Both the position numbers and the translations under genes were made by a program. A DNA stretch of 64,000 bases from an uncultured Gammaproteobacteria bacterium (GTDB taxonomy: Bacteria > Pseudomonadota > Gammaproteobacteria > CAYNNN01): positions 929 through 64,928 of the forward strand of contig CAYNNN010000002.1 of the NCBI GenBank assembly GCA_964398665.1, written 5' to 3'. Under the pieces are notes generated by a model that saw nothing but the letters and a program-made list of their open reading frames with translations, did not search any database and was not told where the DNA came from. Below, piece by piece: positions 9,981 to 19,363 of this stretch (its first letter is position 1; each line of letters starts with the position of its first letter).

Positions 9981-11090
9981 ATGCGTGCCAGTCTGCCTGC
10001 GCCCTGGCATACCGGTCCTGACCATCTGCGCTATGCCCAGTGCTGGGAAGATGCGGATATTTTATTGACAGCCTTGCAGATAAAGGCGGGTGACTGCTGC
10101 CTGTCCATCGCCTCGGCAGGCGACAACAGCCTGGCCCTGCTCATCGCCGACCCGGCGCAAGTGGTGGCCATCGATTTGACCCCCAGCCAACTGCATGCCT
10201 TGGCCCTGCGCGTGGCTGCCTACCGGAACTTACAACACCCGGAACTGCTGGAATTGATCGGCTCCAGGCCCAGTACCCGACGCTTGGCACTCCTGCAACG
10301 ATGCTTGCCAGACCTGATACCCGAAGCTCAAGACTACTGGCGGCAACAGGCCCCGGCAGTCGCACGCTGGGGCGTGGGCGGAGTCGGCAGGTTTGAACGC
10401 TATTTCCGGCTGTTCCGGCAATTCGTTCTGCCCCTGGCACACCGCAATGCCACGGTGCAGGCGCTGTTGCAGCCCCGCACCCCGGCAGAACGCCGGCACT
10501 TTTACCAGACCCGCTGGCAAAACTGGCGCTGGCGCCTGCTCATGCGGCTGTTTTTCTCGCAATCGGTGATGGCCCGGCTGGGCCGGGATCCGGCCTTTTT
10601 CACCTATGCCGAAGGCAGTATGGCTGAGCAGGTTGCCAGGCGCACGGCCCACGCCCTGCAAACGCTGGATCCGGCACAAAATCCCTACCTGCACTGGATT
10701 CTGACCGGCCAACACGGCGCAACCCTGCCGCTGGCACTGCGCCCCGAGCACTTTGCCACCATTCGGGCACGTCTGGATCGGGTAAGCTGGCACCTGCTGG
10801 CGGCTGAAGCAACAGGCACGCTGGGTCTGCGTTTTGATGCCTTCAATCTCAGTGACATCTTTGAATATCTGGCGCCCGAGACCCATGCGGTCCTGTATGG
10901 GCACTTGCTGGCCTGCGCCAATCCCGGCGCCCGACTGGCTTACTGGAACATGCGCGTGCTGCGCGCTGCTCCCGCCCACCTTGAACATCAGGTACGCCGT
11001 GACCTGGCCCGTGCGGAAACCCTGCATGCTCAGGATCGGGCCTTTTTCTACCGGCGTCTGGTCCTGGAAACCGTGTTGCCGGCTCGTTGA
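9981..11090 (+). CDS. DUF3419 (BtaA-like, SAM-dependent) family protein. The ORF track begins at 9864; start trimmed to the ATG at 9981, just after the upstream stop.
   Basis: YAQCWEDADILLTAL and the overall layout resemble BtaA-like DUF3419 proteins. No btaB-like methyltransferase adjacent. Confidence 0.5.
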   Translation: MRASLPAPWHTGPDHLRYAQCWEDADILLTALQIKAGDCCLSIASAGDNSLALLIADPAQVVAIDLTPSQLHALALRVAAYRNLQHPELLELIGSRPSTRRLALLQRCLPDLIPEAQDYWRQQAPAVARWGVGGVGRFERYFRLFRQFVLPLAHRNATVQALLQPRTPAERRHFYQTRWQNWRWRLLMRLFFSQSVMARLGRDPAFFTYAEGSMAEQVARRTAHALQTLDPAQNPYLHWILTGQHGATLPLALRPEHFATIRARLDRVSWHLLAAEATGTLGLRFDAFNLSDIFEYLAPETHAVLYGHLLACANPGARLAYWNMRVLRAAPAHLEHQVRRDLARAETLHAQDRAFFYRRLVLETVLPAR

Positions 11091-11159
11091 TTCAGGAGCC
11101 TGATTGCATTTTGGCCAACAATCCTTAAACTGGATTCATCCCCCCTCCCGGAGTCTGCC

Positions 11160-12986
11160 ATGTACATCCCCCAGCGCCCTGCCCCCATCATTTCGACCCT
11201 GGCCCTGCTGGGATTGCTGGGCGCATCCGCTCCCTCCTGGGGGCATGGGTCTGTGCCAGCCATTCGCGGCACCCTGAGCACGGATTCTGGACCCACTGCA
11301 CTGGATGTTGTGATCAGCAATACCGGGAGTGAGCGTCAGTGTGAGGGTAACGGTGCGGGCCTGCTCAATTTTTGTGCAAGTTTCAATACGGCTGCCGGCA
11401 ATAATGGCCAAATCGCGGTTGGGGATATTGATCAGGACGGCTGGGCGGATGTGGTCGTTGCGGGTAACGCCGATAATCAGGAACAACTCTGTCTGAATAA
11501 TCAGGATGGTGGCTTTGATTGTGCAGATTTTGGCACTCTGGACAGCAGCTGGGGCGTTGCCTTGGGCGACTTGAACGGTGATGGCACCCTGGATGTGGTG
11601 CTGGCAAATTTTGATATCGACCAAGGCGATCAGCGCTGCCTGAACAATGGCTCGGGCGGCTTTGCCAGTTGCGCCAGCTTCAATGCCTTTGACACCAGCC
11701 TGGCTGTGGCGCTGGGCGACCTGGACGGTGACGGGGATTTGGACGCCGCCCTTGCCAACAATAGCGCGGCTTATGATCGGGTCTGCTTCAATGATGGCAG
11801 TGGCAATTTTACTCAATGTAGCAATTTTGGCACCCAGGATCTGAGTACCGCCATTGCCCTGGGGGATCTGGATCGTGACCGTGATCTGGACATTGTCCTG
11901 GTCAACAACCTTGAAGAACGTTACTGTCTGAATGATGGTTCCGGGGGCTTCACCGATTGCCGGACTTTCAACGGCTCGGACAGCAGCCGGGGCTTGGCGC
12001 TGGGCGACTTGAACGGCGATGCCTATCTGGATGTGGTCATTGCCAATATCGGCAACCTGGAATCGGGTAATGGACGGCTTTGCCTGAACGATGGCTCCGG
12101 GAATTTCCCCAGTTGTGCCGATTTCAACAGTGCCAACAACCGGGGTTATGGCGTTGCCCTGGGCGATCTGGACGGGGATGGGGATCTGGATGCCGTGATC
12201 GCCAATGGCGGGACTGTCAGCAATGAAGCCGAGGCGCGCTGCCTCAACGACGGGGCGGGCAATCTGGATAGCTGCGTGACTTTTGGCAATGCTGACACCA
12301 GCATCAGCCTGGCGCTGGGTCAATTTGATAATGACTTCTTCCCGGATGTCACAACCAGCTTTGTGGGGGGTGTCACGACCAGCAACTTTGCCCTGACCCT
12401 GGCTTCGATGGTCAGCGGGTACCAGCCTGCCGGACTGGTGGCCGTTTATGAATTTGATGCGCAATACTGCAATACCGGTAGCGATGAACTGAGCGACCTC
12501 CGCACCCGCACCGTGCGCCTGAGCAAAGGCAATGCCCTGCGCTTTGACGATTACAGCCTGCCTGCGGACAAGGACAAGTTCCTGAGCGCCCCGGAGTGGC
12601 GTGAAGGGGGAATCGGCGCCGAATTGCGGGTCACCAGCGATGGTTCGGATGACTATAGCGACGGTGTGCTGGCCTCCTTGGAATGTGTCACGGTACACTA
12701 CCGCTTCAATCTGTTCAGCCTGAGCAAATACAAGTTTGCAGTGCGTCTCTTTGGCGCATCGGTCACCCCTGGGGACGTGGCCCTGTCGATGATGCTGCAA
12801 CCTGGCAGCAGTGCCGATATTGCTGCCAGCCCGGCCCTCGAGCTGGATTTGGGCAGCCTGATGGAAACCACGCCGTCCACGACGACGCCACCCGTTACCG
12901 CCTTGCCGGGCGGTACGGCGCCGACCCCCGTGACACCGGCACTCAGTTTCCCGACAGGTACCAGCAATCTGCCCAGTCGGCGCTGA
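11160..12986 (+). CDS. Secreted FG-GAP (integrin-alpha-type beta-propeller) repeat protein with a ~200-aa C-terminal domain
   Basis: Signal peptide (LALLGLLGASAPSWG). At least 6 repeats of the form xCLNDGSGxFxxCxxFxxxDxSxxxALGDLDGDGDLD. The minus-strand ORF 11136..13016 is judged an antisense artefact. Confidence 0.75.
   Translation: MYIPQRPAPIISTLALLGLLGASAPSWGHGSVPAIRGTLSTDSGPTALDVVISNTGSERQCEGNGAGLLNFCASFNTAAGNNGQIAVGDIDQDGWADVVVAGNADNQEQLCLNNQDGGFDCADFGTLDSSWGVALGDLNGDGTLDVVLANFDIDQGDQRCLNNGSGGFASCASFNAFDTSLAVALGDLDGDGDLDAALANNSAAYDRVCFNDGSGNFTQCSNFGTQDLSTAIALGDLDRDRDLDIVLVNNLEERYCLNDGSGGFTDCRTFNGSDSSRGLALGDLNGDAYLDVVIANIGNLESGNGRLCLNDGSGNFPSCADFNSANNRGYGVALGDLDGDGDLDAVIANGGTVSNEAEARCLNDGAGNLDSCVTFGNADTSISLALGQFDNDFFPDVTTSFVGGVTTSNFALTLASMVSGYQPAGLVAVYEFDAQYCNTGSDELSDLRTRTVRLSKGNALRFDDYSLPADKDKFLSAPEWREGGIGAELRVTSDGSDDYSDGVLASLECVTVHYRFNLFSLSKYKFAVRLFGASVTPGDVALSMMLQPGSSADIAASPALELDLGSLMETTPSTTTPPVTALPGGTAPTPVTPALSFPTGTSNLPSRR
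11400..12350 (+). repeat. In-frame degenerate ~180-bp periodicity encoding the FG-GAP blades
   Basis: Recurring GGCGA(T/C)(C/T)TGGA(C/T)GG(T/C)GA.. (ALGDLDGDGDLD) blocks at roughly 180-bp spacing. Confidence 0.6.
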
Positions 12987-13088
12987 TGGCCCCACGTGCA
13001 GCCCGCCAGGCTGCACGTGTGCCGACCCACTAAAAACCTCATGTCCAAACGCTGCAAGCCGGGGCCAAAACCGCTACAGTAAGCCCCC

Positions 13089-14885
13089 ATGCATACACCT
13101 GTCCCCGCGCCCTACCACTGGCGCCTGCTCCTGAATCTGGCTCTGAAGCACCGGTGGGTGCTGATTTGGGCCAACCTGATCGCCCTGGGCGCAGCGCTGG
13201 CCAGCGTGCCGGTGCCGTTGCTGTTGCCACTGCTGGTGGACGAAGTGCTGTTGCACCAGCCGGGTGCTGCCGTGGCCAGCATCAATGCCCTGTTTCCCAT
13301 TACCTGGCAGGGGGCTACGCTCTATCTGAGCGTCATGCTCCTGCTGACCGTGCTGCTGCGTGCCCTGACCGTGGCGCTCAACGTCTGGCAAACCTGGCAT
13401 TTCACCCGCATTGCCAAGGAAATCACCTATCAGCTCCGCAAGGACTTGCTCGGGCGTCTGGAACGCGCAGCCCTGGTGGAATACGAGTTGTTGGGCAGCG
13501 GCGCCGTCAGCAGCCATTTTGTTACCGATATGGAAGCACTGGATCAATTCATCGGCAATGCGGTGGGGCGTTTTGTGGTAGCCAGCCTGAGTCTGGTCGG
13601 GATCGCCGTGGTTTTGCTCTGGATTCACTGGGAGCTGGCACTGCTGATTTTAATCCTCAATCCGCTGGTCATTTTACTCACCACCTGGGTCGGTGGGCGG
13701 GTCAAAGAGTTGAAACGCCGGGAAAACAGCGCGTATGAACGCTTTCAGCAACGTCTGACCGAAACCCTGGACGCCATCGTGCAGCTACGTGCCAGCAATC
13801 GGGCCGGTCATTATTTGCACCGCGTTGCTACCGAAGCCAGGGCCGTGCGGGATCATGCCGTGGCCTACACCTGGCAGAGTGATGCAGCCAACCGCACTTC
13901 GTTTTTGATCTTTTTGGCCGGGTTCGACGCCTTCCGTGCCTTGAGCATGGGCTTGGTGGTATTCTCTGACCTGAGCATCGGCGAGATGCTGGCCGTCTTC
14001 GGGTATCTGTGGTTCATGATGACTCCGGTGCAGGAAATCTTGAACATTCAGTATTCCTATTACAGTGCGCGGGCCGCCCTGCACCGGCTCAATCGCCTGG
14101 CCCGCCTGCACCCGGAACCGGATTATCCGGCACAGGCTGACCCGTTTGCCGGGGTTCCCACGGTGAGCGTGACTGTAGAGGGGCTGCGGTTTCGCTATGC
14201 TGAAGGGCCGTGGGTGCTGGATGATCTGGGCTTGCATATCCGGGCCGGGGAAAAGGTCGCGCTGGTAGGCGCCAGCGGGGGCGGGAAATCCACCCTGGTA
14301 CAAGTGCTGCTGGGCCTGTATCCGCTTGACAGTGGCCAGATCCGTTATGGCGGTGCCCTGCTGGAACAGATCGGCCTGGCCCGGATTCGGGAACAGGTGG
14401 CCGTGGTACTACAACATCCGGCCCTGTTCAACGACACGGTGCGCCAGAATCTGACCCTGGGACGAGAATTACCCGAGGCTGCGCTGTGGCAGGCCCTGGA
14501 ACTGGCACAACTGCGGCCTGACATCGAGGCCCTGCCACAAGGGCTGGACAGTGTGCTGGGGCGCCAGGGTATCCGGCTGTCCGGGGGCCAGCGCCAGCGG
14601 CTGGCCATTGCGCGCATGATCCTGACCCAGCCCAAGGTCGTCATCCTGGACGAAGCCACTTCCGCGCTGGATACGGCCACGGAAGCCCGGTTACATCAGG
14701 CCCTGCAAGGCTTTCTTGCCGGGCGCACCACCTTGATCATTGCCCATCGCCTCAGTGCCGTCAAACAGGCCGACCGGGTTTACGTATTTGATGCGGGCAA
14801 AATCATTGAGCAAGGCGCGCATCAGGAATTGCTCGATGCCGGGGGACTGTATACCCGGCTCTATGGTACCGTCCAAACCCCTTAG
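13089..14885 (+). CDS. ABC exporter, fused permease + ATPase (MsbA/ABCB-like)
   Basis: Six-TM N-terminal half, Walker A GASGGGKST, signature LSGGQRQRLAIAR, Walker B ILDEATSALD. Confidence 0.85.
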   Translation: MHTPVPAPYHWRLLLNLALKHRWVLIWANLIALGAALASVPVPLLLPLLVDEVLLHQPGAAVASINALFPITWQGATLYLSVMLLLTVLLRALTVALNVWQTWHFTRIAKEITYQLRKDLLGRLERAALVEYELLGSGAVSSHFVTDMEALDQFIGNAVGRFVVASLSLVGIAVVLLWIHWELALLILILNPLVILLTTWVGGRVKELKRRENSAYERFQQRLTETLDAIVQLRASNRAGHYLHRVATEARAVRDHAVAYTWQSDAANRTSFLIFLAGFDAFRALSMGLVVFSDLSIGEMLAVFGYLWFMMTPVQEILNIQYSYYSARAALHRLNRLARLHPEPDYPAQADPFAGVPTVSVTVEGLRFRYAEGPWVLDDLGLHIRAGEKVALVGASGGGKSTLVQVLLGLYPLDSGQIRYGGALLEQIGLARIREQVAVVLQHPALFNDTVRQNLTLGRELPEAALWQALELAQLRPDIEALPQGLDSVLGRQGIRLSGGQRQRLAIARMILTQPKVVILDEATSALDTATEARLHQALQGFLAGRTTLIIAHRLSAVKQADRVYVFDAGKIIEQGAHQELLDAGGLYTRLYGTVQTP

Positions 14886-14895
14886 GAGACCTCCC

Positions 14896-15120
14896 ATGCC
14901 CTACTACGTCTACAAGATTTTCCCACCCAAACGTCTGGAACTGGCCGCTGAATTTCCGGATTATCAGGCCGCACGCACCTGCGCCCGCGAGTTGCGGGGC
15001 TTGGCAACCCTGCAAGCGCCCTACACGGCAAAATTGATCTTTGCCCGTTCGGAGCTGGAAGCGGCCCACCTGCTGACTCAGGAGCGGGAAAAGCCAGTAT
15101 TGCGGGAAGATGAGATTTAA
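14896..15120 (+). CDS. Small hypothetical protein (74 aa)
   Basis: ATG at 14896 preceded by AGGAGA. No recognisable family. The ORF-track N-extension (14740) overlaps the ABC gene. Confidence 0.35.
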   Translation: MPYYVYKIFPPKRLELAAEFPDYQAARTCARELRGLATLQAPYTAKLIFARSELEAAHLLTQEREKPVLREDEI

Positions 15121-15226
15121 CGCTATCCCCTAATGGATAGGAATAAAATCCGGGGTCAGGCCGTCTCCATTATCAGCAGCCTGTCTGGGCTGCCACCACC
15201 CTTGACACAATACCCGGAGTAATACC

Positions 15227-15670
15227 ATGAAGCTACTGACAGCCCTGCTGACCACCCTGGCCCTGTGCGCCGCCGCACTGGTTCCGGCACAGGCAGATGA
15301 TTACTATGGCAAGCAAAAGGTCGTCTATCACATCAACTACGACGACGCCAAGCAGCAAGATGGCGCGCTGCGTAACGTGCGCAACCATATTGATGCCGTC
15401 GGTGCCGACAACATCGAGATCAAGATTGTCCTGCACGGTCCCGGCATTGACCTGCTGGTGCGGGCCAATGACGATGAAAAATTGCAAACTCAAATCGCCG
15501 GCCTCAAAGCCCAGAATGTCGGCTTTGCTGTCTGCAATAACACCCTGAAGGCCAGGAAGCTGGATTACGAAAAGCAGTTGTACGACACGTCCAAGGCCGA
15601 TATCGTGCCCGCCGGCGTCGCGGAACTGGCTCGGCTGCAAGGGATGGGCTACACCTACATCAAGCCCTGA
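15227..15670 (+). CDS. Periplasmic DsrE/DsrF-like (DrsE_2-type) family protein
   Basis: Signal peptide (ALCAAALVPAQA). Pattern KVVYHIN ... IKIVLHGPGIDLL ... VGFAVCNNTL is collinear with the YchN/DsrE fold, including the conserved Cys. Confidence 0.5.
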   Translation: MKLLTALLTTLALCAAALVPAQADDYYGKQKVVYHINYDDAKQQDGALRNVRNHIDAVGADNIEIKIVLHGPGIDLLVRANDDEKLQTQIAGLKAQNVGFAVCNNTLKARKLDYEKQLYDTSKADIVPAGVAELARLQGMGYTYIKP

Positions 15671-15723
15671 CCCCCTCAGGATGCCGGAACCCTGCGTCCC
15701 TCGCCCGAGGCGGCTTGGGCGCC

Positions 15724-15763
15724 GGGGGCCAGTTTGCTATACTGCGCAGCAGATTTGGCCCCC
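15724..15763 (+). promoter_or_regulatory. 8-bp inverted repeat (GGGGGCCA ... TGGCCCCC) enclosing a TATACT -10-like hexamer, upstream of the GalT-like gene
   Basis: Seen directly in the sequence. 24-nt spacer contains TTGCTATACT. Confidence 0.3.
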
Positions 15764-15784
15764 TGCCGCAACCTGAGCCGCCGC

Positions 15785-16870
15785 ATGAGCAATCCTAGCT
15801 TTACCCGCGAAATTCGCATCAATCCCATCGTTCCCAGCGAGTCGGTGCTGATCTCCACTGCCCGCGGCATGCGTCCGCGCAAGGAGGAAGAGCGCCTCCC
15901 CCGTGATACCCGCGCCCACGTGGAAACGTGCCCCTTTTGTCGGGGTAACGAAGCCAGAACACCGCCGACCATTGCCGAATATCCTGAAGGCCCGCTCTGG
16001 GAAGTCCGGGTGGTCGAAAACCTGTACCCCGTCCTGGGCGCCGATAGTGGCAACGATTCTGTCAGCCTGGGGTTGCAGCAGATTATCTCTGGCTATGGCC
16101 GCCATGAAGTCGTCATTGACCATCCGGCCCACGGCATTGCGGTGCATGAAATGTCGGTGGCGCATCTGACCCTGCTCCTGCAAACCTATCGCGACCGGAT
16201 GCGCGCCCTGTATGCCAGCGACCCGCGCCTGCGCTACGTCCTGGTATTCAAGAATTTTGGCCCGGCCGCCGGGGCCAGCATTGCCCATACCCATAGCCAG
16301 ATCATCGCCATGCCGGTACTCCCGGAGAATGTGTATAACGAGCATGAGCACAGTCTGAATTACTACCGCAAGCACAACCGCTGCATCTTCTGTGCCCTGA
16401 TTGATGAAGCCCTGACGTTCGAGGCCACCCTCTACGACCGGGAAAGCGGTGAAGTCAAGCGTAAAATCAATGTAGGGCAGTATATTATCGAAAAAAGTGC
16501 CCATTTCATCGCCATCAAGCCCTTTGCCAGCCGCTATGAGTGGGAAGTTCACATCCTGCCGCTCAAACATCAGGGCGACTATAGCCATGTGACGGAAGAT
16601 TTACTGGCCGATTTCGCCCGCCTGCTCCAGCGCACCATGCTGCGTCTGGACAAGGTACTGGGCGGGGCGCAGTACAATTTCTTCCTGCACTCGCTGGCAC
16701 ATGGCTGTGACCACCGGGATTGTGCCTCCAGCTACCACTGGCACCTGGAAATTTGCCCACGCACCAGCATTCCGACTGGGTTTGAACTGGGTTCCGGCCT
16801 GTTTGTCAGCACGATCAGCCCGGAATCTGCCGCTGCGCAATTACGCGCCCTGGAGCTGCCCAGTGAATAA
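15785..16870 (+). CDS. Galactose-1-phosphate uridylyltransferase-like (GalT/HIT superfamily) nucleotidyltransferase
   Basis: CPFCRGNE zinc knuckle, H-x-H-x-Q active site (IAHTHSQI), and a duplicated HIT-like half (NRCIFCALI ... HILPLKHQG). Start trimmed to the ATG at 15785. Confidence 0.65.
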   Translation: MSNPSFTREIRINPIVPSESVLISTARGMRPRKEEERLPRDTRAHVETCPFCRGNEARTPPTIAEYPEGPLWEVRVVENLYPVLGADSGNDSVSLGLQQIISGYGRHEVVIDHPAHGIAVHEMSVAHLTLLLQTYRDRMRALYASDPRLRYVLVFKNFGPAAGASIAHTHSQIIAMPVLPENVYNEHEHSLNYYRKHNRCIFCALIDEALTFEATLYDRESGEVKRKINVGQYIIEKSAHFIAIKPFASRYEWEVHILPLKHQGDYSHVTEDLLADFARLLQRTMLRLDKVLGGAQYNFFLHSLAHGCDHRDCASSYHWHLEICPRTSIPTGFELGSGLFVSTISPESAAAQLRALELPSE

Positions 16871-16883
16871 CGCATCCACTCCC

Positions 16884-17414
16884 ATGAATCATTTTCTGGT
16901 CCTGGTTGCAGTTGGGGCCGATCAACCGGGGCTGGTCAATGAGCTGACCCAGACCATACTCGATTGCGGCGGAAATGTAGCCGATAGCCGCATGGCGGTG
17001 CTGGGCGGCGAGTTTGCCATGCTGATCCTGCTCTCGGGGCAGTGGAATGCCATTGCCAAGCTGGAACAGGCCCTACCCCGGCTGGAACAGAAGCTGGGCC
17101 TGACCCTGATCCTGCGGCGCACCAAGGAACGCAGTCTCAGCAAGCAGCTCTTGCCCTATGCGGTGGAAGTAGTCGCCCTGGATCATCCCGGCATCGTGCA
17201 TCAGCTGGCGAGCTTTTTTGCCCAGCGCGGGATCAACATTGAAGAACTGGCCACCAGTAGCTATGCCGCCGCCCACACCGGTACGCCGATGTTTTCCGTG
17301 CGCATGAGTGTGGCGGTTCCAGCTGATCTGCATATTGCATCCCTGCGTGACGAGTTCATGGACTTTTGCGACCGGCAAAACCTGGACGCCGTGATGGAAC
17401 CCATTCGAGGCTAA
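16884..17414 (+). CDS. gcvR: Glycine cleavage system transcriptional repressor-like protein (tandem ACT domains)
   Basis: Two ACT-like halves (FLVLVAVGADQPGLVNELT ... VEVVALDHPGIVHQLASFF) about 176 aa long, typical of GcvR. Start trimmed to the ATG at 16884. Confidence 0.6.
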   Translation: MNHFLVLVAVGADQPGLVNELTQTILDCGGNVADSRMAVLGGEFAMLILLSGQWNAIAKLEQALPRLEQKLGLTLILRRTKERSLSKQLLPYAVEVVALDHPGIVHQLASFFAQRGINIEELATSSYAAAHTGTPMFSVRMSVAVPADLHIASLRDEFMDFCDRQNLDAVMEPIRG

Positions 17415-17415
17415 C

Positions 17416-17898
17416 ATGCACTATATCCTGGGCCAGACCCTGCCTGATTTCAATGCGCCTTGCGCCCCCGACCAGACCCTGAGCCTGACGGCCCTGCGCG
17501 GGCGCTGGGTGGTGCTGTATTTTTACCCCCGTGATGACACGCCGGGCTGCACCCTGGAAAGTCAGGAATTTCGGGACCGCTACCCCGAATTTCAGCAGCT
17601 GGGTGCCGAGGTGCTGGGCATTTCCCGCGATACCCTGGCCTCCCATGCGCGCTTTCAAAGCAAGTATCAACTACCGTTCCCGCTCTTGGCTGACCCTGAA
17701 GAGACCGTCTGTAATGCCTTTGGGGTAATGGTGGACAAGACGATGTATGGCAAACCGGCCCGAGGCATTGAGCGCAGCACCTTTTTGATTGATCCACAAG
17801 GTGTTTTGCGTGCCCAGTGGCGCAAGGTCAAGGCAGAAGGCCACGCCGCCGAAGTGCTGACCGAATTGCGCAAGCACCAGGCCGCTGATGCCATCTGA
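17416..17898 (+). CDS. bcp: Peroxiredoxin Bcp (thioredoxin-dependent thiol peroxidase)
   Basis: FYPRDDTPGCTLE is the Bcp peroxidatic-Cys motif. 160 aa. Confidence 0.85.
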   Translation: MHYILGQTLPDFNAPCAPDQTLSLTALRGRWVVLYFYPRDDTPGCTLESQEFRDRYPEFQQLGAEVLGISRDTLASHARFQSKYQLPFPLLADPEETVCNAFGVMVDKTMYGKPARGIERSTFLIDPQGVLRAQWRKVKAEGHAAEVLTELRKHQAADAI

Positions 17899-17922
17899 AT
17901 GACAGCAACAGGGCGTCTGTCC

Positions 17923-18909
17923 TCAACTGCAGATGCACGCTGCCGTTGGGGGCGGAGCCTCGGCCAGCGCACCAATCAGGTCCGCTGGTTCCCGCAGGCC
18001 ATGACGCTGTAGATAAGCCAGCAACCCGGCATTGATCGTTGCACAGACCAGCGGGTCGTAAAACAGGGCAGTACCAACACCCAGGGCAGTAGCCCCTGCC
18101 AGCAGGAACTCGATGGCATCTTCAGCATTGCACAACCCACCCTGGCCGATAATGGGAATGCCCTGCGTCTTGCAGACCTGATACACCTGATGCACCTTGA
18201 GCAAGGCAATCGGCTTGATCGCCGGACCAGACAAGCCACCCTGGCGGTTGCCCAGCACCGGCTTACGCTGGTGAATATCAATCCGCATCCCGCTTAGGGT
18301 ATTGATCACGGCAAAGGCATCCGCTCCGGCATCCATGCAACGTCGGGCGTTATCTGCAATATCAGTCTGGTTGGGTGAGAGTTTGACAATGAGAGGCTTG
18401 CGGGTCTGGGCCCGACAGGCAGCCACGACCCGGGCCGACATTTCGGGAGAATTGCCAAAGACTACCCCCCCTTCCTTGACGTTGGGACACGAGATGTTGA
18501 CCTCAATGGCCGCCACCGGGCTTTGGTCAAACAAGGCAGTGACCGCAGCATATTCTTCCACCGTCGAACCTGACACGTTGGCGATATAAGGGGTAGCCTG
18601 GGTGTCCAGGGTCGGCAGGATATGCTGGATGACAGCCGGGGCACCGGGGTTTTGCAGGCCAATGGCATTCAGCATCCCGCCAGGGGTCTCACAGACGCGA
18701 TGAGCCGGGTTACCCAGACGGGGTTGCAAGGTCGTGCCCTTGAGGCACACCGCACCCACCTGAGCCAGACTAAATCCGGCAACCCGCGTATATTCATCGC
18801 CAAAGCCCACACAGCCCGAAAGCAGCACCAAGGGTGTGCGCAACGGCAGGGCGCCAAATTTCACTTCAAGACGCGGTGATTGCGAATGTTCCATATCGTG
18901 TTGTACCAA
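17923..18909 (-). CDS. pyrD: Dihydroorotate dehydrogenase, class 1 family (Cys catalytic base)
   Basis: FMN-barrel motifs including NISCPN (class-1 active-site Cys) and a GG...GA tail. Could alternatively be a PreA-like dihydropyrimidine dehydrogenase subunit. Confidence 0.65.
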   Translation of the reverse strand: MVQHDMEHSQSPRLEVKFGALPLRTPLVLLSGCVGFGDEYTRVAGFSLAQVGAVCLKGTTLQPRLGNPAHRVCETPGGMLNAIGLQNPGAPAVIQHILPTLDTQATPYIANVSGSTVEEYAAVTALFDQSPVAAIEVNISCPNVKEGGVVFGNSPEMSARVVAACRAQTRKPLIVKLSPNQTDIADNARRCMDAGADAFAVINTLSGMRIDIHQRKPVLGNRQGGLSGPAIKPIALLKVHQVYQVCKTQGIPIIGQGGLCNAEDAIEFLLAGATALGVGTALFYDPLVCATINAGLLAYLQRHGLREPADLIGALAEAPPPTAACICS

Positions 18910-19353
18910 CCTGAAATCCCCCCGAACACGGGTAATATTATGCGGTTATGCGCCAATGCCGGAGCGACCCTGCACCTGATTCATCCGCTGGGATTCCAGC
19001 TGGATGCGGCCAAGCTGCGGCGCGCCGGGATGGATTACCGGGCCGCCGTCACCCTGCATGAACACGCCGACTGGACGAGGTGCCAACACTGGCTGGCCGC
19101 CCATCTTCCCCTGAGCACACTATACGCGCTGACCACCAAGGCAACGGTCACTTATACCACGGTCACTTATCAGCCTGGAGATGTCTTGTTGCTGGGGCCG
19201 GAGACGCGGGGGTTGCCGCCATCGGTGCTGGCCGACCTGCCAGCCCCGCAACAGGTGCGCATTCCCATGCGGGCTGGAAATCGCAGCCTGAACCTGGCCA
19301 ATGCGGCCGCGATCGTGCTGTATGAAGCCTGGCGCCAGCAGGGCTTTGGATAG
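18886..19353 (+). CDS. trmL: tRNA (cytidine/uridine-2'-O)-methyltransferase TrmL (SPOUT)
   Basis: Collinear with E. coli TrmL/YibK over its whole length (IVLYQPEIPPNTGNIMRLCAN ... GPETRGLP ... IPM). Confidence 0.85.
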   Translation: MFHIVLYQPEIPPNTGNIMRLCANAGATLHLIHPLGFQLDAAKLRRAGMDYRAAVTLHEHADWTRCQHWLAAHLPLSTLYALTTKATVTYTTVTYQPGDVLLLGPETRGLPPSVLADLPAPQQVRIPMRAGNRSLNLANAAAIVLYEAWRQQGFG

Positions 19354-19363
19354 ACCCCGAGGT

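Noticed and set aside
11400-12350. CRISPR-like periodic repeats
   Set aside because: The periodicity is in-frame protein-coding FG-GAP blades with degenerate units, not identical direct repeats with unique spacers.
11136-13016. 626-aa ORF on the minus strand
   Set aside because: It is fully antisense to the signal-peptide-bearing FG-GAP gene and has a low-complexity Gly/Ala/Ile-rich translation, typical of a high-GC antisense frame.
11160-14885. FG-GAP protein + ABC exporter as a type I secretion pair
   Set aside because: No membrane-fusion protein or TolC-like gene is adjacent. The FG-GAP protein has a Sec signal peptide and no C-terminal RTX/T1SS signal. The ABC protein has the size of a generic MsbA-like exporter.
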